Shown: one piece after another, positions 29,268 to 37,151 of the stretch
Numbering within the stretch: the first letter of the stretch is position 1
How the letters are laid out: every line of letters starts with the position of its first letter
IMG/VR virus record: IMGVR_UViG_3300028048_001497
Location: 64,001 to 128,000 of that record
Origin: a virus
Taxonomy: Duplodnaviria; Caudoviricetes
Length of the DNA stretch: 64,000 nt
Strand: one strand, 5' to 3'
Notes under the pieces: model-generated
Seen by the model: only the letters and a program-made list of their open reading frames with translations
The model's database searches: none
What the model was told of the DNA's origin: nothing
Made by a program: the position numbers and the translations under genes

Positions 29268-29871
29268 GAGTTGATATTGGTCATCCCCCACTTTCGTTAC
29301 TCGGTAGCCTAACGGCTACCTCGTAGCTTAGAAGTGGGGGACTTCACTGACGTTTAAAAAAAAGAAAAAAATAAATAAAATAACAAAAGAACTATTATCA
29401 TATGATGATTATAAAAATGAAATTATATCAATTTCGACAAGAAAAAATTTTAACAATTTAATTGGACAAAAATTTGGAGCACTCACAGTTGTTGCAAGAT
29501 TAACAAATAAAAAAGGGAAAATAAGATGGTTATGTAGGTGCGATTGTGGAAACTATTGTGATAAATTAGGAAATAGTTTAACAACAAATCATACCACTTC
29601 TTGTGGATGTAAGATTAATCGAATCGGAATTACATCAATAAATAAAGAAGAATATACCGTGTGGAATAATATAAAACAATGGTGTAATAATAAAAATAAT
29701 CCTAAATACAAATACTATGGTGAAAAAGGAATTTCTATATGTAAACAATGGGAAAGTAGTTTTGAAACATTTTTAAATGATGTTGGGAACAAACCAAAAA
29801 ATTCGATTTTTTGTAGGAAAAATGAATTTGGCAATTTCACAAAAGAAAATTGTTATTGGAAGGTAATATAA

Positions 29872-30900
29872 ATGCCGAATATTATTGATTTAACGAATCA
29901 AAGATTTGGAAATTTAACAGTTATTTGTAGAGCGAAAGGAAAAAATAATCGTGCTTATTGGTTATGTAAATGTGATTGTGGTAATGAAAAAATTATTAAT
30001 GGTGCTAATTTAATTCATCAAAAAACAAAAACTTGTGGAAATTGTAAAATAAAAGATATTCCTTCAAAGGGAACATATGGTATTCATTCTGTTTTTCATA
30101 CATTGGAAGAATGGAGTGACATCACAGGATTATCTGTTGATGATGTAAAAGAATGTTTTGAAAATCATATTTCGTTTCTTGATTTTATGAAAAACAATCA
30201 AACAATAGATGAAACAGGTAAAAAATATGGTCATTTGACAGTATTAAAAAGAGTAAAAAATGATAAATATAATCGTGCTTGTTGGTTGTGTAAATGCGAT
30301 TGTGGAAATGAAATAGTTGTAGAAGGTGCGCAATTAAGAAATGGTCATTATATATCATGTGGATGTGAAAAAAATAAGAAACTAAAAGAATTATCACGGA
30401 CGCATGGATTATCAAATACATCAACATATCAATCTTGGTTAGGAATGAAAAGTAGATGTTACAATAAAAAAAATCCTAGATATAAACATTATGGTGGCAG
30501 AGGAATTGTTGTTTGTGAACAATGGAAAAATAATTTTCAACAATTTGTAAATGATATGGGAGAAAAGCCAAATTCTAGTTATTCAATTGATAGAATAGAT
30601 GTGGATGGCAACTATGAACCGTATAATTGCAGATGGGCAACTAGCATACAACAAGCTAATAACAAACAAAATTCAAATCATAATTATAAAAATAAATTAA
30701 AAATAATTTATTTAAACATTAAATCAAACAAAAATATGCTAGGATGGGCAACATTTATTGAATTTTATCAAGATATGCTAAAATCTTATGTTGAACATTG
30801 TGAAAAATATGGAGAAAAGAACACATTTATCAATAGAATAAATAAATCAAATGGTTTTTCAAAAGAAAATTGTTATTGGGGGTGCGCTTCGGAATTATGA
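29872..30900 (+). CDS. HNH-type homing endonuclease with repeated Zn-binding modules
   Basis: two WLCKCDCGNE modules, YGGRGI, SIDRIDVDGNYEPYNCRWAT. Confidence 0.88.
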   Translation: MPNIIDLTNQRFGNLTVICRAKGKNNRAYWLCKCDCGNEKIINGANLIHQKTKTCGNCKIKDIPSKGTYGIHSVFHTLEEWSDITGLSVDDVKECFENHISFLDFMKNNQTIDETGKKYGHLTVLKRVKNDKYNRACWLCKCDCGNEIVVEGAQLRNGHYISCGCEKNKKLKELSRTHGLSNTSTYQSWLGMKSRCYNKKNPRYKHYGGRGIVVCEQWKNNFQQFVNDMGEKPNSSYSIDRIDVDGNYEPYNCRWATSIQQANNKQNSNHNYKNKLKIIYLNIKSNKNMLGWATFIEFYQDMLKSYVEHCEKYGEKNTFINRINKSNGFSKENCYWGCASEL

Positions 30901-30929
30901 AAAAAGATGTTTTGTAAGACCTAGAAAAT

Positions 30930-31295
30930 TTGGTTCAAAGTATATATAATAAATTTGATATACAAATACCTAGTATTGAATATTATAAATTACTAAGAGA
31001 TTTAAACATTACAATTAAATACAAAAGCAATATAGATATTTTGTATGATAATTGTATTCAAAAACATGACGAAAGTTATATATTTTTAATTTGTAATAGA
31101 ATTGGGAAACATCAGGAAAATTTTGATATAGTTAGAATGATAGGAAATATTATTTTAGATGTTCCATATAATACTAGAGATTTTAATTTAGAAAATTTAA
31201 TTTCTCATTTTGCCATTATGTATTTAGTACCAAAAAATACCATTCAAAAAAATACAAATATTAAATTAGTAAGCGAGAAGTTTGTGCTAGAATAA
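30930..31295 (+). CDS. degenerate ImmA/IrrE-like protein lacking HExxH
   Basis: QENFDIVRMIGNIIL where RxNFTIAHELGH is typical; LENLISHFAIMYLVP matches E.EAN.FA..LL.P. Confidence 0.45.
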   Translation: MVQSIYNKFDIQIPSIEYYKLLRDLNITIKYKSNIDILYDNCIQKHDESYIFLICNRIGKHQENFDIVRMIGNIILDVPYNTRDFNLENLISHFAIMYLVPKNTIQKNTNIKLVSEKFVLE

Positions 31296-31342
31296 AAATT
31301 GTTGAATCTGAACTATAAATTTGTTTGAAAGGAAATCATATT

Positions 31343-32059
31343 ATGGAAAAAATCGTTGATTTTGTTCAACCAAAAGGGAAATGGGAATTTAACGAAGAAG
31401 TGGCAAAATGTTTTGATAATATGCTAGAGCGTTCTATTCCTGATTATAATAATATGAGAAAGTTAGAAAAACTCATTGTTAAAAATTCAATACCAGATAA
31501 AAACACAATGTTAGATATTGGTTGTTCAAATGGTATTAATATTGATGATTTTTGTAATGATATGAAATGTTATGGTATTGATGTAAGTGAACCAATGTTG
31601 CAACAAGCTAGAAACAGATTTATTAAAAATAAAAATGTAACTATTGAAAAATATAATATTATTGATGGTTTAAATACTTTGTGTGGTAAATTTGGTTTGG
31701 ACGGATTTGATGTAATTACTTCTGTTTTAACCGTTCAATTTACTCCCATTGAATATAGACAATCTATTTTATCCGATATTTATAATCATTTAAATAAAAA
31801 TGGTGTTTTTATCTTTGTTGAAAAGATTTTGGGTTCTGATAATGTAATTAATAATATGTTAGTAAAATCATATTATGATATAAAATCAGATAATGGATAT
31901 AGTTATGATGCTATTCATAGAAAGAAAAAATCTTTAGAAGGGGTATTAGTTCCTGTTACATCGAATTGGAATAAAGATTTATTGAAACAGGCAGGATTTA
32001 CTAAAATGGAAACATTTTGGAAATGCTTAAATTTTGAAGGTATTGTAGCTTTGAAATGA
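31343..32059 (+). CDS. cmoA: CmoA-like SAM-dependent enzyme (putative carboxy-SAM synthase)
   Basis: WEFNEEVAKCFDNMLERSIPDY, LDIGCSNG, FIFVEK, KKKSLEGVL, WKCLNF all match CmoA signatures. Confidence 0.8.
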   Translation: MEKIVDFVQPKGKWEFNEEVAKCFDNMLERSIPDYNNMRKLEKLIVKNSIPDKNTMLDIGCSNGINIDDFCNDMKCYGIDVSEPMLQQARNRFIKNKNVTIEKYNIIDGLNTLCGKFGLDGFDVITSVLTVQFTPIEYRQSILSDIYNHLNKNGVFIFVEKILGSDNVINNMLVKSYYDIKSDNGYSYDAIHRKKKSLEGVLVPVTSNWNKDLLKQAGFTKMETFWKCLNFEGIVALK

Positions 32060-32068
32060 GGTAAAATT

Positions 32069-33973
32069 GTGAAGATAAAATATGCAGATATGTTTTGCGG
32101 TATCGGCGGTTTTCGATTAGCATTAAATACTGTTCCTTCTGAATGTGTATTTAGTTCTGATTACGATAAAAATGCACAGATTTGTTACCAAGCATTACAC
32201 GGAGAATTACCATATACAAAAGATATTCGTACTTATGATTACCACGATATTCCTGATATAGATTTGTTATGTGGCGGTTTTCCGTGCTTTACAGGAGATA
32301 CTTTGGTAACTACAGACGACGGGTTGGTTGCAATAAAAGACATTAAAAATGGTGATAAGGTTCTTACACATGACGGAACATATAAAACAGTTTCCGCAAT
32401 ATTAGAGCAAGGCGAAAAGGAAATTTGGGACGTTGATGCTATGGCTACTGCGGGGTTAAGGACTACAGAAAATCATCTTTTTTATGTTAGAAAAAAATAT
32501 AGAGAAGGACATAAAAGTGTTCGTAAGTTTACGAATCCGACGTGGGTTGAATGTAAAAATTTAACAAAAGAACATTATATGGGGTTTCCCGTTAATGATA
32601 AAAATAATGAACCATGTATTTCGGGATATACTAATATTGATTTGTCCGAAGAAACTATTTGGTATTTGGCAGGTAGATATTTGGGAGACGGTTGGATTAG
32701 AGCACGCAAAGACCGTAGCACAGGTGTTGGTGGAGTAATTGTTTGCTGTGGTAAACACAAAGCTGACAAGTTTGAAACTATCATTGGGGAAAAATATCAT
32801 TATACTAAAGTTGAAGAAAAAACTGTTAATAAATATATTTTCTCGAACGTTGAAATGGCTAATTTCTTTGCAAAAATGGGTAAAGGTGCAGAAAATAAAT
32901 TTATACCACAAGAGTTTATTGATTTGAACCCTAAATATTTATCTAAAATTATTGAGGGGTATCTTGATAGTGACGGTTATTTTACAAAACAAAAAAAATA
33001 TCGTATTACTACAATTAGTCAAAAATTAGCGTATACTTTTTCGCAGGTTGTTGCGAAAGTTTATCGTCGTCCAACGTCTATTTATTTTAGAAACAATGCA
33101 AAAACCCGTGTTATTGAGGGTAGAACCGTTAATTGCCGTCCTTTTTATATTGTAGAATTTAAAAAAGAAACAAGTTCCCAAGACAAGGCTTTTTATGAAA
33201 ATGGATATATTTGGTTTCCAATAAAGAAAGTTGAAAAAGCCAATGTTCGAGAATTTGTTTATGATATTACTGTAGAAGAAAATCATTCTTTTGTTGCTAA
33301 TAATTGTATTGCTCATAATTGTGCCAAATTTTCTATGGCAGGAGATAGAACAGGTTTTGCTTCAAAAGACCCTAGAGCACAGATGTTTTGGGAGCTTGCT
33401 AAAATATTAGAAATTAAAAAACCAACGATGTTTTGGTTTGAAAATGTGAAAGGACTGTTGAGTCACGATGAAGGAAATTCCTTTAGAACAATATTGCGGA
33501 AGTTGGATGAATTGGGGTATGATGTCGAATGGTTTTGTCCAAACGCAAAAGATACAGGCTACCCCATCATCAGAGAAAGGGTATTCATTGTCGGACATTT
33601 TAGAGAAAAACCCACAGAAAAAGTTTTTCCTATCGAAACCAAGAGTTTCACATATGATAGAAACATTAAAGTCTACCAATATAGGAGAAAAAGATTTAGA
33701 ATTACTGAAGGATATGTACCAACTTTAACGGCTTCTATGGGGACAGGTGGCAATAATGTTCCTATGGTAATAACTGATAACCAGTTGAGAAAAATAACGC
33801 CTAGGGAGTGTTTTAGGCTACAAGGAATGAATGATTCTGATATAGATAAATTACTTAATACAGGATTATCAAATTCCGCTTTATATGAACGCGCAGGTAG
33901 AACAATTTTTCAACCAATAGCTAAAAAAATAGCACAAAATATTTATAATGTATTGAATATAAAACATAAATAA
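32069..33973 (+). CDS. C5-cytosine DNA methyltransferase with intein (candidate carboxymethyltransferase)
   Basis: motif I DMFCGIGG, IV GGFP|C, VI ENVKGL, VIII RERVFIVG, IX TPRECFRLQG, X AGR instead of AGN. Confidence 0.92.
   Translation: MKIKYADMFCGIGGFRLALNTVPSECVFSSDYDKNAQICYQALHGELPYTKDIRTYDYHDIPDIDLLCGGFPCFTGDTLVTTDDGLVAIKDIKNGDKVLTHDGTYKTVSAILEQGEKEIWDVDAMATAGLRTTENHLFYVRKKYREGHKSVRKFTNPTWVECKNLTKEHYMGFPVNDKNNEPCISGYTNIDLSEETIWYLAGRYLGDGWIRARKDRSTGVGGVIVCCGKHKADKFETIIGEKYHYTKVEEKTVNKYIFSNVEMANFFAKMGKGAENKFIPQEFIDLNPKYLSKIIEGYLDSDGYFTKQKKYRITTISQKLAYTFSQVVAKVYRRPTSIYFRNNAKTRVIEGRTVNCRPFYIVEFKKETSSQDKAFYENGYIWFPIKKVEKANVREFVYDITVEENHSFVANNCIAHNCAKFSMAGDRTGFASKDPRAQMFWELAKILEIKKPTMFWFENVKGLLSHDEGNSFRTILRKLDELGYDVEWFCPNAKDTGYPIIRERVFIVGHFREKPTEKVFPIETKSFTYDRNIKVYQYRRKRFRITEGYVPTLTASMGTGGNNVPMVITDNQLRKITPRECFRLQGMNDSDIDKLLNTGLSNSALYERAGRTIFQPIAKKIAQNIYNVLNIKHK
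32285..33319 (+). mobile_element. 345-aa intein with LAGLIDADG homing endonuclease
   Basis: starts CFTGDT; block B TTENH; LAGRYLGDG and IEGYLDSDG; ends VYDITVEENHSFVANNCIAHN; +1 residue Cys. Confidence 0.93.
33468..33728 (+). CDS. nested alternative-frame ORF, putative methyltransferase beta subunit
   Basis: WMNWGMMSNG...SLSDILEKNPQKKFFLS, resembling the LxDILE...KYxLS element of C5-MTases and the overlapping beta peptide of M.EcoHK31I. Confidence 0.55.
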   Translation: MKEIPLEQYCGSWMNWGMMSNGFVQTQKIQATPSSEKGYSLSDILEKNPQKKFFLSKPRVSHMIETLKSTNIGEKDLELLKDMYQL

Positions 33974-34037
33974 GAATATATTTTGTTATTGTAAAAAGAA
34001 AATTTTGTTAACTTTTTAGAAGGAATGATATATATAT

Positions 34038-34289
34038 ATGGCAACAGTTACAGTTACAAATGAAATGGACTTTGATGATTTAATGAATTTTTGTTGGAGA
34101 GGTGCAGTTGATACGCTTAAAGTTATCGAAGATAATGGTAAGCAGGAAGAATTTATGTCCATGCTTTCAGATTTGTTTAATGAGGGTGCTACTCTTACAG
34201 AAATTAATGAGTATCTTTGGCTCGATGATGATTCCATTTTTGCAGACCTAGGCATTTCAGATGATGAAGATGAGGGCGCAGAAGAATAA
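34038..34289 (+). CDS. small acidic phage protein
   Basis: AAGGA RBS; CWRGAVDTL...TLTEINEYLW. Confidence 0.8.
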   Translation: MATVTVTNEMDFDDLMNFCWRGAVDTLKVIEDNGKQEEFMSMLSDLFNEGATLTEINEYLWLDDDSIFADLGISDDEDEGAEE

Positions 34290-34298
34290 ATAAAATGA

Positions 34299-34326
34299 AG
34301 GAGTGGATAAAACCACTCCTATTTTT
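34299..34326 (+). terminator. intrinsic terminator
   Basis: aggagtgg / ccactcct plus attttt. Confidence 0.75.
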
Positions 34327-34393
34327 ATATGGAGCGCCGTAAAACCCCGCCCTTTAGGGCTGGTGATATAAGGTGCGAGAACTGAATTAAGTA

Positions 34394-34422
34394 TTGACAA
34401 GTTTCAACATTTGTAGTATAAT
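34394..34422 (+). promoter_or_regulatory. consensus sigma70 promoter of tnpB
   Basis: TTGACA-17-TATAAT. Confidence 0.8.
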
Positions 34423-34453
34423 ATAAACAAAACAACAAAAAGGAAGTGAGAAA

Positions 34454-35575
34454 ATGGAAAAATATATTAAGGGGTTTAAGTTTAGAATCTATCCTAACAA
34501 GACACAACAACAACTCATTAATAGTATTTTAGGCTGTTGCAGGTTTGTATATAATCATTTTCTCGACATCCGTAAAAATGAATGGAAAGCAAATCATAAC
34601 TCACTGACCTATGCTAAGACAAGTAAACTTCTCACAGACTTAAAAAAGCGAGAGGACACATCATGGCTAAAAGAAGCAGATAGTACTGCATTACAGCAGT
34701 CTTTGCGTGACCTTGACCGTGCCTATGAAAACTTCTTCAAAAAGAGAGCAGGCTATCCGCGTTTTAAGTCAAAGCATAGTAGCAGTCAGTCCTATCGTAC
34801 AATCAATCAAAAAGATGGTATTCGCATCGTAGATAAAAAGATAAAACTTCCTAAGATTGGTTTTGTGAAAATCAAGCAAAGCCGTACTTTTGAAGGTCGT
34901 ATCTTAAACGCTACGATAAGCCATATAGCTTCAGGAAAATACTTTATTTCTCTTTGTGTAGAGATGGATAAAGAAAAACTAATTTCAACTAACGATGGTA
35001 AACAGATTGGTATTGATGTTGGTTTGAAAGAATTCTATACTGATAGTAACGAAAACATCATTGCTAATCCTAGAGTTCTCAAAAAACTATCAAAAAAGTT
35101 AGCTAGAGAACAAAGGAGACTTTCTCATAAAATTCCTAAATCTAGGAATAGAGAAAAAGCTCGTATTCGTGTAGCTAAAGTTTACGAACGTATTACAAAC
35201 ATTCGCAAAGACTTTTTACACAAGTTGTCTACACGACTTGCTCGTGAAAACCAAACGATAGCCGTGGAGCACTTGAATATCAAAGGGATGTTAAAGAACC
35301 ATAGACTAGCAAAGTCTATTTCAGATGTAAGTTGGTCAGAGTTCTTCCGTCAGCTTGAGTACAAAACAGAATTACATGGTGGAGAACTACTCAAAATAGA
35401 TATGTTCTATCCATCAAGTCAAATTTGTTCTAATTGTGGTTATCAAAATGCAGAAATTAAAAATCTTAGCATCAGGGAGTGGGTTTGTCCTAAATGTGGA
35501 GCACACCATGATAGGGATATTAACGCAGCAAAGAATGTTTTGCGTAAAGCACTAGAAGAAAAACAAACAGCTTAA
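34454..35575 (+). CDS. tnpB: RNA-guided endonuclease TnpB
   Basis: KFRIYP, GIDVG, IAVEHL, CSNCG..CPKC, HDRDINAA. Confidence 0.96.
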   Translation: MEKYIKGFKFRIYPNKTQQQLINSILGCCRFVYNHFLDIRKNEWKANHNSLTYAKTSKLLTDLKKREDTSWLKEADSTALQQSLRDLDRAYENFFKKRAGYPRFKSKHSSSQSYRTINQKDGIRIVDKKIKLPKIGFVKIKQSRTFEGRILNATISHIASGKYFISLCVEMDKEKLISTNDGKQIGIDVGLKEFYTDSNENIIANPRVLKKLSKKLAREQRRLSHKIPKSRNREKARIRVAKVYERITNIRKDFLHKLSTRLARENQTIAVEHLNIKGMLKNHRLAKSISDVSWSEFFRQLEYKTELHGGELLKIDMFYPSSQICSNCGYQNAEIKNLSIREWVCPKCGAHHDRDINAAKNVLRKALEEKQTA

Positions 35576-35579
35576 TGAT

Positions 35580-35705
35580 ATATAAATACCGTGGGGCACA
35601 CGGGAATCAACGCTTGGGGAGAGTGTGTAAGACACCAATTCTTTGGAGGCGGTGCAACGCTCAATGAACCAAGAATCCCCTACCTTTAGGCATGGGGAGT
35701 GTCAA
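35580..35705 (+). ncRNA. omegaRNA (reRNA) scaffold of the second TnpB element
   Basis: accgtggggcacacggga...gtaagac...gaaccaagaatcccc typical of TnpB right ends; 5' boundary approximate. Confidence 0.65.
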
Positions 35706-35719
35706 ATGGGGGTGAGTGT

Positions 35720-36034
35720 ATGGAAGATAATTTATTGACGTATGATAAATTAAAAGAAGATTATGGTGATATAAAAACAAAAGATGGAGAATTTATTATT
35801 ATAAATGAAGTTCCATATTATGATTCGATATATAAGGGGCATAATAAGCAAGAATATTATAAAGGTGTTGCTATTAAAATTGGTGATAAAATAGATAGTG
35901 ATGGTTTCGTTCCCGCCTATGAATTAAAATGGGATATTATAGATAAAAATCAAAATCCTCCTTGTGATTGGGATAAGCCAAAAGAAATAAATGAAAACGG
36001 ATATTATCAAGTAATTGAACAAATAATAGAATGA
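35720..36034 (+). CDS. hypothetical protein
   Basis: GGGGTGAG RBS just outside the IS right end; ATG 35720. Confidence 0.75.
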   Translation: MEDNLLTYDKLKEDYGDIKTKDGEFIIINEVPYYDSIYKGHNKQEYYKGVAIKIGDKIDSDGFVPAYELKWDIIDKNQNPPCDWDKPKEINENGYYQVIEQIIE

Positions 36035-36039
36035 TATAT

Positions 36040-36068
36040 AAGCTATAACAGATTTGTTATAGCTTTTT
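36040..36068 (+). terminator. intrinsic terminator
   Basis: aagctataaca / tgttatagctt plus T run. Confidence 0.75.
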
Positions 36069-36104
36069 CTATATCTAAAAAGTAATGAAGGTGTTAGTAA
36101 GTTT

Positions 36105-36118
36105 TATTTTATTATTAG
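36105..36118 (+). promoter_or_regulatory. putative phage late promoter TATTT-N6-TAG
   Basis: tattt tattat tag. Confidence 0.6.
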
Positions 36119-36154
36119 ATAAAATTTGTGCGAAAGGTTTAGGTGTTCATAACT

Positions 36155-37132
36155 ATGGATGAAAAAGAGAAAAAAGATGAAGAATTAGAAAAAGAGAATA
36201 TTATATCTGACATTATTTTCAAAGGTTATGGAACAAAAGTAATTAATAAATTTGATAAAGAATGGGAATTTCGCACGTTAAGTTCGGAAGAATATAAAAA
36301 AGTCTGGTCAATTGCAAGTATTGAAGATGATGATGCTACAAATTATATGGTTTTAAAAAAGACAATGTTACAGTCTGCATTATTATCTATCAATCATGTA
36401 GAACCAACAAGTGATATGAAAGATAAAATATTTGAAAAGCTTCCACCAAAAGTTATTGACATATTATATCAAGAATATCAAAAATTGGAACAAATACAAA
36501 TGCAAGCAACCGCAGATGTTAATATAATTAAAAAAATATCTAAAAATCCGTATAGTAAGATTAAATTTAAAGTTATGTCTTACTTTAAAAAATTACCAAC
36601 GGATAAAGAGTTTTATAATTTAAATGACCATCAACTAATGTGGTTATATGAAAATATTTCTAACGAAGAAATAGAAGAAGAAAAAAAGAACAAGATGAAA
36701 ATGGATTATTTGGCCTATTATATTAATCCTGAAATGGCACAAGCAGTTCGTGACAATGAAAAAAATAGAGAAATGTTTACAAGTGAAAACGGAGATAATA
36801 TAACTAGAGTTAAAGAGCACGATGAACAAAATCCATATAATCCAAATGAAGTAATTCATTATGGTGATACGATTGTTGACGATGATTTTGACAAAAAAAT
36901 AAAAATGTTTGTGGATAAAGACGAGAAATTTACTGTATTGGACGATGATACGCATAAGGGTAATGCAACAGAAAGTAAAAACGATTTCTTGTCTCGTGTT
37001 ATTGGTGCGCAGAATATAATTAACGAAGAAAATGATAAAATTATGAAAAACTTAGAAAATGACGCAAAACAAGCAGGAGTAAAACCTGAAGATTTGGATG
37101 TCATAATGGTAAACGATGATGAAGAAAAATAA
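36155..37132 (+). CDS. tail assembly chaperone, long (G-T-like) form
   Basis: precedes tape measure; WEFRTLSSEEY N-domain plus LPTDKEFYNLNDHQLMWLY second domain. Confidence 0.7.
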   Translation: MDEKEKKDEELEKENIISDIIFKGYGTKVINKFDKEWEFRTLSSEEYKKVWSIASIEDDDATNYMVLKKTMLQSALLSINHVEPTSDMKDKIFEKLPPKVIDILYQEYQKLEQIQMQATADVNIIKKISKNPYSKIKFKVMSYFKKLPTDKEFYNLNDHQLMWLYENISNEEIEEEKKNKMKMDYLAYYINPEMAQAVRDNEKNREMFTSENGDNITRVKEHDEQNPYNPNEVIHYGDTIVDDDFDKKIKMFVDKDEKFTVLDDDTHKGNATESKNDFLSRVIGAQNIINEENDKIMKNLENDAKQAGVKPEDLDVIMVNDDEEK

Positions 37133-37151
37133 AGAAAGGAGGATAATATAA

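Larger units (their letters stand above)
27929..29353 (-). mobile_element. IS200/IS605-family (IS1341-type, tnpB-only) element; target motif TTTAA
   Basis: left-end hairpin cccccactt...aagtggggg; right-end GAAT + hairpin + TCAA; no target duplication; no tnpA. Confidence 0.9.
27589..29871 (+). pseudogene. HNH-type homing endonuclease gene interrupted by a TnpB element (27589-27928 + 29354-29871, 285 aa when rejoined)
   Basis: DLTNQVFGDLTV...WLCRCSCG...SCGC...YGGRGI module; in-frame junction gaa gaa t|tt aaa; second module NLIGQKFGALTV...WLCRCDCG after the IS. Confidence 0.85.
34329..35705 (+). mobile_element. IS200/IS605-family (IS1341-type, tnpB-only) element; target motif TTTAT
   Basis: TTTAT at 34324-34328; left hairpin ccccgccc ttta gggc; right-end GAAT + hairpin + TCAA (35702-35705). 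Confidence 0.88.

Noticed and set aside
27929-29353. IStron (self-splicing intron plus TnpB) restoring the HNH mRNA
   Set aside because: The element is antisense to the host gene and has only ~140 bp before tnpB, too short for a group I intron core.
29750-29778. Second HNH module (agtagttttgaaacatttttaaa) as a self-target of the first TnpB guide
   Set aside because: Only about 10 bp match, and the spacing and seed next to TTTAA do not fit.
34006-34019. TGTTA-N6-TAG upstream of the 34038 gene as another late promoter
   Set aside because: Two mismatches to TATTT; too weak in AT-rich DNA.
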